A DNA stretch of 64,000 nucleotides from Patescibacteria group bacterium (GCA_041658665.1 JBAZZR010000001.1:320576-384575); one strand, 5' to 3'; counted from the first letter of the stretch, positions 10,687-20,084 are shown. Translations and numbers: made by a program. The notes: a model not told the origin generated them from the letters alone.

Positions 10687-11220
10687 ATGTGGTTCAAAAT
10701 AGGCCAGGTGGTTATTTTTATCGGTTTAGTTTCCGTTTTAACTCTCGGACAGTGGTCTTTTATTTTAGCCTTGCCGACTTTTTTTAAAGCGCTTAATCTA
10801 ATTATTATTTTTTTAGTTTTTACTCTTTTCTTTTATGATTTACGAACCGCCAGTGCTTTCGCGTTAATTAGCGGTTTTTGGTCAGATTTACTATCTTTTC
10901 ATTTTTTTAGTTTTTATTTGCTTGTCTTATTTCTAACGGTTTGGGCAGCGGCGGGGATTTTGACTAATTGGCTTACTAATCGTTCTTTATATTCTTTTTT
11001 ATTACTGATAATTACGGTGACCTCAATTTATAATTTTTTATTGGGCATTTTATCTTATTTATTTTTTTATGACCGCGGCCAGTTTATTTTATGGCAATCT
11101 AGTTTTTGGCTTTTTTTAGTTTATCAAATAGCTTGGAGCGCTCTAGTGGCTATTTTTTTATTCAGTTTGGCGAGCGCTTTTACGAGACGCTTCAAACCTT
11201 TTTTCTTGGAGAGACATTAG
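10687..11220 (+). CDS. mreD: Polytopic membrane protein, probable MreD
   Basis: About five hydrophobic helices and no other motif. Assigned from its position immediately after mreB-mreC. Confidence 0.55.
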   Translation: MWFKIGQVVIFIGLVSVLTLGQWSFILALPTFFKALNLIIIFLVFTLFFYDLRTASAFALISGFWSDLLSFHFFSFYLLVLFLTVWAAAGILTNWLTNRSLYSFLLLIITVTSIYNFLLGILSYLFFYDRGQFILWQSSFWLFLVYQIAWSALVAIFLFSLASAFTRRFKPFFLERH

Positions 11221-11254
11221 GTTTGTGTTATTATAAAAAATAAGAATTAAATTT

Positions 11255-12235
11255 ATGAATTATGACTTTATAACGATTGGCGGCGCCACTAGAGATATTT
11301 CTTTTTTTACCGACCAGGGGGTTATTATTAATAATAAAAAAGATATTTTACGTCAAAAAGTTTTAGCGTTTGAGTCGGGCGCGAAAATTAAAGTTGATAA
11401 ATATTATTATTCTTACGGTGGCGGCGCGGCTAATGCGGCCGTTTGTTTAGCCAATTTCGGTTTAAAAACGGCCTGTTTAACAGTGGTTGGTGACGATGAA
11501 AATGGGCATTTAATAGTAGAAGATTTAAAAAAGAACCGGGTAGCGGTTAATTTTATTTCGCGAGTACCAAAAAAAGAAAGCGGCTCTTCCTTTATTTTAA
11601 TTAGTCCGTCGGGCGAACGAATAATTTTTGCACAACGGGGCGCGAATAAAGATCTCCGTATTAGCGGTTCTGACCAATCGGCGCTCCAGAAGACTAAGAA
11701 TATTTATATTGCTTCTTTATCGGGGGCATGGTCGGCTAATTTAAAAAAGATTTTTTCGGTGGTTAAAGAGGGGCGACCAAAAATATTTTGGAATCCCGGT
11801 TTGACGCAATATGCTCATGGTTTGGAGGGGATGAGACCGTTTATGGATAAAGTTTATGTTTTGGCTTTAAATAAAGATGAGGCGATAGAATTAGTTCTTA
11901 AAACTAAGGGGTATGGTCATTTAAGTCAGCCATTTTTAAATAAAACTGAGAATCTTGGGAAAATCATTCAGAGTTTCGGTCCGCAGATTGTTTTAATTAC
12001 TTTAGGAGCCAAAGGCGTGCTGTGTTATGATGGGCATAAAATTTATCAGCGGCCGATTTTAAAAGAACATAAACGGGTTGACACAACCGGCATCGGCGAT
12101 GTTTTTAATTCTTCGTTTGCGGCCGGCTTAAATATGTTTAATAATAATATTAATCAAGCTCTTAGCCTTGCCCTTAAAAATGCCGCGGCTAAAGTCGGCC
12201 ACTTGGGCGCCCATAATGGTTTAATTAAATTATAA
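11255..12235 (+). CDS. PfkB-family carbohydrate kinase (ribokinase-like)
   Basis: GGGAANAA near the N-terminus and the DTTGIGDVFNSSFAAGL anion-hole motif near the C-terminus. Confidence 0.8.
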   Translation: MNYDFITIGGATRDISFFTDQGVIINNKKDILRQKVLAFESGAKIKVDKYYYSYGGGAANAAVCLANFGLKTACLTVVGDDENGHLIVEDLKKNRVAVNFISRVPKKESGSSFILISPSGERIIFAQRGANKDLRISGSDQSALQKTKNIYIASLSGAWSANLKKIFSVVKEGRPKIFWNPGLTQYAHGLEGMRPFMDKVYVLALNKDEAIELVLKTKGYGHLSQPFLNKTENLGKIIQSFGPQIVLITLGAKGVLCYDGHKIYQRPILKEHKRVDTTGIGDVFNSSFAAGLNMFNNNINQALSLALKNAAAKVGHLGAHNGLIKL

Positions 12236-12258
12236 AATGGTTTAATGAAATTTATAAT

Positions 12259-12711
12259 ATGTTAGCAGGAGTAATAATTAAAAAACTGGAAAAATATTCT
12301 GACGAGCGCGGTTGGCTGACGGAAATTTTCCGGACGGATGAATTAAATTTTACGCCCCACATGTCTTATGTCAGCCTGACGAATCCCGGCGTAATTCGCG
12401 GTCCTCACGAGCATGTCGCCCAGAGTGATTGTTTTGTTTTCTTAGGGCCGGGTAATTTTCGCTTATATTTATGGGACAGACGGCCGAGTTCAGCTACTCT
12501 GGGCGAGTCTTTAGAACTCGAAGTAGGAGAAAATAATCCAGTTTTAGTAATTGTCCCGCCCGGAGTCGTTCATGGTTATAAGTGTATTTCAGCCGTGCCC
12601 GCTCTCAGCATTAATTTGCCGGATAAATTATATAAAGGAGAAGGAAAAGAGGCGGCGGTCGACGAGATCCGTTGGGAAAAAGATCCCGAATCCCCATATC
12701 AAATAAGTTAA
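12259..12711 (+). CDS. Short RmlC-like cupin (dTDP-4-dehydrorhamnose 3,5-epimerase family)
   Basis: DERGWLTEIFR, RGPHEH and VPPGVVHGY are cupin/epimerase motifs. At 150 aa it is shorter than canonical RmlC. Confidence 0.65.
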   Translation: MLAGVIIKKLEKYSDERGWLTEIFRTDELNFTPHMSYVSLTNPGVIRGPHEHVAQSDCFVFLGPGNFRLYLWDRRPSSATLGESLELEVGENNPVLVIVPPGVVHGYKCISAVPALSINLPDKLYKGEGKEAAVDEIRWEKDPESPYQIS

Positions 12712-12828
12712 AATTATTATAAATTATATTTTAGAGAGCGAGTATTTTTTCGTAAAGTAAAAATTAACGTTAGTTAATTTTTACCACAGAAAAAGTCCCG
12801 AGCGAACAAAATATAATTTATAATAATT
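12712..12828. repeat. 117-bp nested palindrome filling the cupin-HIT intergenic spacer
   Basis: Perfect 21-bp arms: AATTATTATAAATTATATTTT at 12712-12732 and its reverse complement at 12808-12828. An inner perfect 12-bp inverted repeat, GTAAAAATTAAC (12757-12768) / GTTAATTTTTAC (12773-12784), has a 4-nt loop. A T-run and A-run pair between the two. Confidence 0.85.
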
Positions 12829-12839
12829 CTACTAACCAT

Positions 12840-13235
12840 ATGTGTATATTCTGTCAGATTGTGAGCGGCGAATTACCGTCCTACAAAGTCTATGAAGATG
12901 AGAAGACTTTAGCCTTTTTAGACATCACGCCGGTGAGTCCCGGCCATACTTTAGTGGTGACTAAAACTCATTATCAAGATTTGGAAAATATTCCGGAAAC
13001 GGAATTAGTTGATTTAATAAAAGTAGTTAAAAAAGTTAGTCAGTTATTGAAAGATAAATTAGGTTTTGTCGGTTATAATGTTACTAATAATAATGGCGTT
13101 GCGGCCGGTCAAACTATTAGTCATCTGCATTTTCATATCATCCCGCGTCATGTTGGTGATGGCCATGGACCCTGGAAACACGGCCAGTATCAGCCCGACG
13201 AAGCCGAAGAAATTATTAGAAAAATAACAAGTTAA
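12840..13235 (+). CDS. HIT (histidine triad) family nucleotide hydrolase/transferase
   Basis: N-terminal CIFC and the histidine triad HLHFHIIPR. Confidence 0.9.
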   Translation: MCIFCQIVSGELPSYKVYEDEKTLAFLDITPVSPGHTLVVTKTHYQDLENIPETELVDLIKVVKKVSQLLKDKLGFVGYNVTNNNGVAAGQTISHLHFHIIPRHVGDGHGPWKHGQYQPDEAEEIIRKITS

Positions 13236-13236
13236 T

Positions 13237-14202
13237 ATGAAACTATTAGTTACCGGCGGCGCCGGATTTATCGGTTCTAATTTTATTCACTATTGGTTGA
13301 CTAAATATCCAACCGATCAGATTATTAATCTAGATCTTTTAACTTACGCCGGGAATTTGGATAATTTAAAAGATTTACAAGATAACGTCCATTATAAATT
13401 TGTTAAAGGCGATATTACCGACGCGACGCTAGTGAGTGAGCTTACTCAAGACGTAGAACTGATTGTTCATTTCGCGGCCGAAAGTCATGTCGATCGGTCG
13501 ATAAAAAATAGCGCGGATTTTATTAAAACCAATGTCGAAGGAACCCGTGTCTTATTGGAAGCCGCGAAAAATAACGGTCATATTCGTTTTCATCATATTT
13601 CGACCGATGAAGTTTTCGGCACTTTGGCTTTTGACGCTCCGAAATTTAAGGAAACTACTGCGTACGATCCGCGCTCGCCTTATAGCGCCTCTAAAGCCGC
13701 CGCTGACCATTTAGTTCGGGCTTACTATCATACTTATAAATTACCGATTACAATTTCTAATTGTTCTAATAATTACGGGCCGTATCAGTATCCGGAAAAA
13801 TTAATTCCGCTGTTTATTACTAATTTGTTAGAAGGAAAAAAAGTCCCGGTTTATGGCGCGGGCGCTAATATTCGCGATTGGATTCATGTCGATGACCATA
13901 ATCGTGGTGTCGATTTGATAATTAAAAAAGGAAAAATTGGTGAAACTTATTGTTTGGGTGGTCGTAATGAAAAAACTAATTTAGAAATAACTAAACTTAT
14001 CTTGCGTTTAATGGAGCAGGGCGAAGACATGATCGAATATGTAACGGATCGCGCTGGCCATGATTTACGTTACGCCATTGATTTTACTAAAGCCCAAACG
14101 GAACTGGGTTGGGAACCCCAAATAGATTTTAGCGCTGGTTTAACTAATACTTTAAATTGGTATAAAAATAATGAGGCTTGGTGGAAAAAATTAAAACCCT
14201 AA
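13237..14202 (+). CDS. rfbB: dTDP-glucose 4,6-dehydratase
   Basis: TGGAGFIGSNF Rossmann motif, STDEVFG, YSASKAAADHL (YxxxK), and a C-terminal RAGHDLRYAID. Confidence 0.9.
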   Translation: MKLLVTGGAGFIGSNFIHYWLTKYPTDQIINLDLLTYAGNLDNLKDLQDNVHYKFVKGDITDATLVSELTQDVELIVHFAAESHVDRSIKNSADFIKTNVEGTRVLLEAAKNNGHIRFHHISTDEVFGTLAFDAPKFKETTAYDPRSPYSASKAAADHLVRAYYHTYKLPITISNCSNNYGPYQYPEKLIPLFITNLLEGKKVPVYGAGANIRDWIHVDDHNRGVDLIIKKGKIGETYCLGGRNEKTNLEITKLILRLMEQGEDMIEYVTDRAGHDLRYAIDFTKAQTELGWEPQIDFSAGLTNTLNWYKNNEAWWKKLKP

Positions 14203-14218
14203 ATATTAAGGAGAAAAT

Positions 14219-14647
14219 ATGAAAAACAAAAAAATTTTTATTATTGAAGATGACGCTAATTTGCTCTATGGTCTAGAGGCGCAGTTCACCGCCGATGAAT
14301 TTGAGGTGGAAACGTCGTCCGGCGAAGAAGAATTAGAGGAAATAATTGATCAGCTTAAAGATTTTAATCCCAGCTATGTAATTTTAGATTTAATTTTACC
14401 GAAAGTCGACGGTTTTGAAATAATTAAAAAGATGAAAGCGGATACGGAATTAAGTGAGAAACAGATTTTTATTTTTACTGATGTGAGCGATCAAGATAGT
14501 CGCCAGCGGAGTCTCGATTTAGGAGCTGATTTCTTATTTTTAAAAGATGAGTTTGATACTTTTGAATTTGCGGAAAAAGTAAAGAAAATTGTGGCTAATC
14601 AAGAGAAAGTAGCGGGGGATGATGAAGATCGCGATTATGAAGAATAA
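14219..14647 (+). CDS. Stand-alone response-regulator receiver domain (CheY-like)
   Basis: Acidic pair IIEDD, phospho-acceptor context VILDLILPKVDG, and downstream IFIFTD and FLFLKD (T and K positions). No output domain. AAGGAG Shine-Dalgarno sequence upstream. Confidence 0.8.
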   Translation: MKNKKIFIIEDDANLLYGLEAQFTADEFEVETSSGEEELEEIIDQLKDFNPSYVILDLILPKVDGFEIIKKMKADTELSEKQIFIFTDVSDQDSRQRSLDLGADFLFLKDEFDTFEFAEKVKKIVANQEKVAGDDEDRDYEE

Positions 14648-14703
14648 TTAGGAGCGAGGTTGACCGGAGGCTCTAAAAATATTAAGATAGATTAGTAAAG
14701 CCT

Positions 14704-15711
14704 ATGTTTATTAAACGAATCGGGATTGATCTCGGAACAACTTATACTTTAATTTATGTCCCTCGTCGGGGCATTGTTATTAACGAACCGAGCGTCGTCG
14801 CGGTGTCTATTGCTGATAAAAAAATTCTGGCGGTTGGCAACGAAGCAAAAGATATGATCGGACGAACGCCAGACACGATTAAGGCAGTCCGTCCTTTAAA
14901 AGATGGGGTAATTGCTGATTATCGGGCGACGGAAGCGATGATCCGTTATTTTGTTAATAAAACTTTAGGAGGGATTCGTCTCTTCCGTCCGGAAGTGATG
15001 GTTGCGGTTCCGGCCGGAATTTCTTCAACGGAACGACGAGCGGTTATTGAAGCGACTATTGCGGCGGGTGCTAAAGCCGCTTATATTATTAAAGAACCGG
15101 TGGCGGCCGCGATTGGCGCGGATATTCCGATTGGTTCCGCGACTGGGCATATGGTTATTGATATCGGGGGCGGTACGGCCGAAATGGCCGTCATTTCCTT
15201 AGGCGGTATTGTCGCTTCGACCTCGGTTAGAATTGGCGGTAATAAATTCGATGCGTCTATTTTAGAGCATGTTCGCAAAAAATATAATTTGGCGATTGGT
15301 GAGAGAACCGCCGAAGAGATAAAGATTAATATTGGCTCCGCTTTATATATGGAAGATAAATTATATTTAGAAGTGCGGGGCCGGGATATTGTTACCGGAC
15401 TGCCACGCAGTATTACCGTCTCTAGCGACGATGTGACGGAAGCTATTCAAGGAGAACTAGAAGCGATTATTTCCGTAGCGAAAAAAGTGCTTCAGAAAAC
15501 GCCGCCGGAATTATCCGCTGATATTATGGATAAAGGCATCGTACTAACGGGTGGGAGTTCTCTTTTGCGTAATATTGACCAATTAATTGCTCGGACGACA
15601 GGAGTCTCTGCTTATGTCGCTGATGACGCGATGCTTTGTGTCGCCAAGGGGACAGGTATTGCTTTAGATAATTTAGATTCTTATAAACGTAGTATTCTAG
15701 CGACTAAATAA
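14704..15711 (+). CDS. mreB: Second MreB-family actin homologue
   Basis: IGIDLGTTYT, INEPSVVA, DIGGGTAEMAVISLGG and LTGGSSLLRNID. A paralogue of the gene at 8833. Confidence 0.9.
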   Translation: MFIKRIGIDLGTTYTLIYVPRRGIVINEPSVVAVSIADKKILAVGNEAKDMIGRTPDTIKAVRPLKDGVIADYRATEAMIRYFVNKTLGGIRLFRPEVMVAVPAGISSTERRAVIEATIAAGAKAAYIIKEPVAAAIGADIPIGSATGHMVIDIGGGTAEMAVISLGGIVASTSVRIGGNKFDASILEHVRKKYNLAIGERTAEEIKINIGSALYMEDKLYLEVRGRDIVTGLPRSITVSSDDVTEAIQGELEAIISVAKKVLQKTPPELSADIMDKGIVLTGGSSLLRNIDQLIARTTGVSAYVADDAMLCVAKGTGIALDNLDSYKRSILATK

Positions 15712-15714
15712 TCG

Positions 15715-15739
15715 GCCGGCTTAAGTTTGTCGGCTTTTT
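15715..15739 (+). terminator. Rho-independent terminator after the second mreB
   Basis: GCCGGC / GTCGGC stem (one G-U pair), 8-nt loop, then TTTTT. Confidence 0.5.
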
Positions 15740-15748
15740 GTTAATGAT

Positions 15749-16960
15749 ATGATTATTGGCATTGATGCTTCACGCGCCAATCTCAAACATAAAACCGGTA
15801 CCGAATGGTATTCTTTTTATCTTATTAAGAATTTAGCGGAAATTGATAAAGTTAATATTTATTGGCTATATTTAAATCAGCCACCGCGAGAAGATTTGAT
15901 TACCGCGGTTAAAAATAATCCTAATTTTTCTTTTAAACTATTAAATTGGCCGTTTTTTACTTTTTGGACTTTAGGCCGCCTAACTCTAGAAATGTTGTAT
16001 CGTCGGCCGGATGTTTTATTTATTCCGGCGCATGCTTTGCCATTATTTGGACCGCGCAAAACAGTCAATACTATTCATGACTTAGCTTTTATCAGAGAAA
16101 AAAATTTATATCATTCCTTTAAAGTTAAGACCCATAGTCAATTTTTTAGTCGCATCATAAATTTTTTTGTTCGGCTAGTTACTTTAGGACGCTATCGTTC
16201 GGGGTCATTGGATTATTTGTACTGGTCTACTAACTTTGCCCTGCATCATGCTAAAAAGATTATTGCTGTTTCACAGAGCACGCGGCGGGAAATACTAAGT
16301 CAATATCCGAAGACGCCTGCCGACAAAATTATTACTGTGCTTAATGGTTACAACCAAGAGTTATTTAAAAAGATTGATAATCCCGAAAAAACCAAGGCAG
16401 TTTTAGAAAGATATGGTTTGGATGAACCTTATTTTTTGTATATTGGACGTCTGGAAAAGAAGAAGAATACGGTTAAATTAATTGAGGCCTTCGCGCTTTT
16501 AAAGGAAAAGTATCCGCAAATTAAGGAAAAACTAGTTTTAATTGGTTGCGCCGGTTTTGGCTATGATCAAGTATCTTATACTATTCATGAGTTCGATGTG
16601 TCGCGTCAAGTTCTGATGCCCGGTTGGGTAGCGGAGGAAGATTTGCCTTATATTTTAAATCGGGCCAGTGCCTTTGTTTTTCCCTCAAAATATGAAGGTT
16701 TTGGTATTCCGGTTTTGCAGGCTTTAGCCTGTGGAGTACCGGCCGTTGTTTCTGATATTCCGGTATTGCGCGAAATTGGCGCGGACGCGGTCTCATATTT
16801 TGATCCTAATGATAAAAAATCCATGGCCGAATCTTTAGCGGCGATTATTCTAAATCAAGAATTAAGAGAGAAGCTGATAGCTAGAGGACTAATAATTTCT
16901 CAACAATATAGTTGGCGGCGCTGCGCCTCAGAAACTTTGGAAGTTATCAAGGCTTTATAG
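15749..16960 (+). CDS. Glycosyltransferase family 1 (GT4-type, GT-B fold)
   Basis: C-terminal FVFPSKYEGFGIPVLQALACGVPAVVSD (EX7E-like motif). Confidence 0.85.
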   Translation: MIIGIDASRANLKHKTGTEWYSFYLIKNLAEIDKVNIYWLYLNQPPREDLITAVKNNPNFSFKLLNWPFFTFWTLGRLTLEMLYRRPDVLFIPAHALPLFGPRKTVNTIHDLAFIREKNLYHSFKVKTHSQFFSRIINFFVRLVTLGRYRSGSLDYLYWSTNFALHHAKKIIAVSQSTRREILSQYPKTPADKIITVLNGYNQELFKKIDNPEKTKAVLERYGLDEPYFLYIGRLEKKKNTVKLIEAFALLKEKYPQIKEKLVLIGCAGFGYDQVSYTIHEFDVSRQVLMPGWVAEEDLPYILNRASAFVFPSKYEGFGIPVLQALACGVPAVVSDIPVLREIGADAVSYFDPNDKKSMAESLAAIILNQELREKLIARGLIISQQYSWRRCASETLEVIKAL

Positions 16961-17012
16961 GGAGGAGTCTTTTTGGAAAAAAAGAGCGGATGTGATATTA
17001 TGAAGATGTAAT

Positions 17013-19034
17013 ATGAAGAAAATATTGGCATCTTTTTTTATTTTATTGTTTTTTGTGGCGCGAGCAGCTACGGCCTCTTTAATTCCTAACGACACTTATT
17101 ATAATAATCAGTGGTATTTAGGTAAAATTAAGGCCGATAGCGCTTGGAGCAAGATTTCCGCTAGTCCGGACATTACTATCGCCGTGATTGATGCCGGAAT
17201 ACAAATTACTCATCCGGATTTACGGGATAATATTTGGCGTAGTAGTCGCGAAATAGCGGGTAACGGAATTGATGATGATCGTAATGGTTTTATTGATGAT
17301 GTAAACGGTTGGGACTTTGTAAATAATCTGCCCGATCCGGCGCCTAAATTCATGTCTGGCTGGACTGAAGCGGGCGTGTCACACGGAACTATGGTTACAG
17401 GGGTAATCGCTGCGCGCGGTAATAATCGAGAGGGTATCACCGGCCTGACCTGGGCGACTAAAATTATGCCGCTTAAGGCTTTAAATGATAAAGGGGAAGG
17501 ACGGACGAGCGATGTGGTTCGAGCGATTGATTATGCTATTAATAATGGCGCGGATATTATTAATTTGAGTTTTGTCTCTTTAAATTATAATGCTAGTTTG
17601 CAAGAAGCTATTACTCGTGCCTATCAGGCGGGAGTAATCGTGGTCGCGGCCGCCGGTAATGAACAAAGCGGTGGTGAAGGTTATAATACCGATAAGACCC
17701 CTATTTATCCGGCTTGTTATGACGGCAGCGCGGGAGAAAATATGGTTATTGGTGTTGCTGCCACGGATGCTTTAGACCAAAAGACTAAGTTTTCTAGTTA
17801 TGGGTCGCGCTGTGTTGATTTAGTCGCCCCTGGTATTAGTTTTTTTAGTACAATTAGTGCCGGTAGTGTCAAAAATGACCCTAATCGGATTTACGATGGC
17901 TATTGGTCGGGAACTTCGATGGCCGCCCCTTTAGTGTCGGCAACTTTAGCTTTAATTGAACAGGCTGATCCCGCTTTGAGTCCTAAAGAGGCGGTTAATA
18001 TATTATTGGCCTCGACTGATAATGTAAGCCGTTTGAATCCGGCCTATTTAGGCCAGCTCGGTTTAGGACGTTTAAATGTAAACCGGGCGATTGAGATGAC
18101 TAAGGAGAAATTATATCGGCAGGTTGGACATTTAATAATTATTCCCGCCCGCGGCGATAAAGAGGCGAAGCTAACAGTCGCTAACGGTGATTTAGTTGAT
18201 AATCTGTCTAGCGCTAATTTTAAAAGTGGATCTAATCCGGTAGCGGGTGATGTTAATAATGATGGAATAGAAGAATTTGTGATTGGCGCCGGCGCCGGCT
18301 CAGAACCGCAGGTTAAAATACTCGATGCCCATGGGAAACTATTAGAAAAATTTTTAGCTTTTGATAAAAATTTTCGCGGCGGCGTGGCGCTCGCTCTCGG
18401 CGATCTTGATGGTAACGGCAGCCAGGAAATTATTACGGCTCAGGCGTCTTTAGGCAATGGACAAATACGAGTTTTTGATTCTCGCGGTAAGTTAAAAAAA
18501 CAATTTTTTGTTGACAATAAATATTGGCGCGGCGGCCTTAATTTAGCGGCGGGTGATTTAGAAGGGAGCGGTCGCGCTTCAATCGTTGTCGGTTACGGAG
18601 CGGGGAAGGAGCCGCTCATAAAAATTTTTAAATCAGATGGTCGCTTGCTTAGCAGTTTTTATGCTTACGAAAAAAAGTTTCGCGGTGGCGTTAGATTAGC
18701 ACTGGCTAATTTGTATGGCCGGAAAGCCCATAATCGACTAAATATTATTGTGGCGCCGGGCCCTGGCCGCGAACCGCTTTTGAAAATTTTTGATTACAGT
18801 AGTTTGAAAAAAGAATTTTTAGTTTATGGAGAGAATTGGCAGGGAGGAGTAAGCCTCGCCGCCGGCGATCTTAATAATGACGGCGTAGCGGAAATCGCGC
18901 TAGGCGCTTTACCAGGCGCCGCGCCACATGTGCGAGTTTTTAGCGGCCAAGGCGATTTATTAGAATCTTTCTATACCTGGGAAGAGGGTTTTAAGGGGGG
19001 GGTAAATGTTGGTATAATAGAGATAAATAATTAA
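17013..19034 (+). CDS. Secreted S8 (subtilisin-like) serine protease fused to FG-GAP-like repeats
   Basis: Signal-peptide-like N-terminus. Catalytic triad contexts AVIDAGI (D), SHGTMVTG (H) and GTSMAAPLVSA (S). The C-terminal half carries repeated (F/W)RGG..A.GDL.G.G motifs. Confidence 0.85.
   Translation: MKKILASFFILLFFVARAATASLIPNDTYYNNQWYLGKIKADSAWSKISASPDITIAVIDAGIQITHPDLRDNIWRSSREIAGNGIDDDRNGFIDDVNGWDFVNNLPDPAPKFMSGWTEAGVSHGTMVTGVIAARGNNREGITGLTWATKIMPLKALNDKGEGRTSDVVRAIDYAINNGADIINLSFVSLNYNASLQEAITRAYQAGVIVVAAAGNEQSGGEGYNTDKTPIYPACYDGSAGENMVIGVAATDALDQKTKFSSYGSRCVDLVAPGISFFSTISAGSVKNDPNRIYDGYWSGTSMAAPLVSATLALIEQADPALSPKEAVNILLASTDNVSRLNPAYLGQLGLGRLNVNRAIEMTKEKLYRQVGHLIIIPARGDKEAKLTVANGDLVDNLSSANFKSGSNPVAGDVNNDGIEEFVIGAGAGSEPQVKILDAHGKLLEKFLAFDKNFRGGVALALGDLDGNGSQEIITAQASLGNGQIRVFDSRGKLKKQFFVDNKYWRGGLNLAAGDLEGSGRASIVVGYGAGKEPLIKIFKSDGRLLSSFYAYEKKFRGGVRLALANLYGRKAHNRLNIIVAPGPGREPLLKIFDYSSLKKEFLVYGENWQGGVSLAAGDLNNDGVAEIALGALPGAAPHVRVFSGQGDLLESFYTWEEGFKGGVNVGIIEINN
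18210..19031 (+). repeat. Coding tandem repeats of about 50 aa (FG-GAP/VCBS-like propeller blades)
   Basis: Five to six degenerate units of the form F/W-[RQK]-GG-V-x-L-A-x-GDL-x-G-x-G...EI...G...P-x-[IV]-K-[IV]-F, read in the translation. Confidence 0.7.
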
Positions 19035-19038
19035 CTAT

Positions 19039-20061
19039 ATGTCTAAACAAGTTATCTTTGATAAAAAAAATATTTTAGTGGCCGGGGGAGCGGGGTTTAT
19101 TGGTTCGCATTTGTGCGATGAATTACTGAAGACTAATAAAGTCATTTGCGTCGATAATTTTATTTCGGGGAGTGAACGTAATATTGATCATTTATTGTCT
19201 AACCCAGATTTTATTTTTATTAATTATGATTTAACTCAGCCGCTTGATTTAGAAAAATTAGATGAGTTGAAAAAATTTAAAATTGAATTTCAAGGTTTGC
19301 AAACAATTTATAATTTAGCTTGTCCGATGTCGACGCGCTATTTTTTAGATAATCGTTTAGCCACGCTAACCGCTAATTCTTATGTCGTTAAAAATCTTTT
19401 GGATTTAGCGGTTAAATATAATTCCCAGTTTTTACAATTTTCTTCCTCAGTGGTTTATGGCTTGCGGAGTACAGACCAAACTAATCTTAAAGCTAAGGAG
19501 GGTGATTGGGGCTCCCTTAATCAATTATCAGAACGGAGCGCATATGACGAAGGGAAACGTTTCGCGGAAACGCTAGTTAGCAATTATCGAGCGATTTACA
19601 ATATTGACGCCCGTATTGCTCGGGTATTTCGTGTTTATGGTCCTCGAATGAAAGACGAGGATGATCAAATGATTCCGGATTTTATTTCTGCCGCTTTGGA
19701 AAATAAGGAGATAGTGATAAGCGGTGACGCTAATTTTTCTTCTTCTTTTTGTTATATTGACGATATTATCGACGCGACTCTTAAATTTATGAGTTCAGAA
19801 TTAACCGGGCCGGTGAATATCGGTTCTGATGTTGATGTTAATTTAACGGAGTTAGTAAAAATAATTATCAGAGAAACTGGGTCAGAGTCAACCATTGTTT
19901 ATTCTGATAGCAAATTATTTTTCTCGGAATTAGTTTTGCCGGATATTTATTTTATTAAAAATGAACTTGGTTGGATGCCGGTAGTAACTCTGGAAAATGG
20001 TTTGAAAAAGACAATTTTTGATATTAAAGCTAATAAAAAATTACAGAATTTTGGCGGCTAA
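19039..20061 (+). CDS. NAD-dependent epimerase/dehydratase, UDP-glucuronate decarboxylase-like
   Basis: VAGGAGFIGSHLCDEL Rossmann motif and SAYDEGKRFAE (YxxxK), with extended-SDR architecture. Confidence 0.75.
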   Translation: MSKQVIFDKKNILVAGGAGFIGSHLCDELLKTNKVICVDNFISGSERNIDHLLSNPDFIFINYDLTQPLDLEKLDELKKFKIEFQGLQTIYNLACPMSTRYFLDNRLATLTANSYVVKNLLDLAVKYNSQFLQFSSSVVYGLRSTDQTNLKAKEGDWGSLNQLSERSAYDEGKRFAETLVSNYRAIYNIDARIARVFRVYGPRMKDEDDQMIPDFISAALENKEIVISGDANFSSSFCYIDDIIDATLKFMSSELTGPVNIGSDVDVNLTELVKIIIRETGSESTIVYSDSKLFFSELVLPDIYFIKNELGWMPVVTLENGLKKTIFDIKANKKLQNFGG

Positions 20062-20084
20062 TTTTGCTGATTTTTTAGTCACAT

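Noticed and set aside
17000-17011. A mini-uORF, ATGAAGATGTAA (MKM-stop), lies immediately before the S8 protease start and duplicates its first 7 nt.
   Set aside because: It is three codons long in an AT-rich spacer with no separate Shine-Dalgarno sequence. It is most simply a chance occurrence or a small duplication. Nothing supports a regulatory role.
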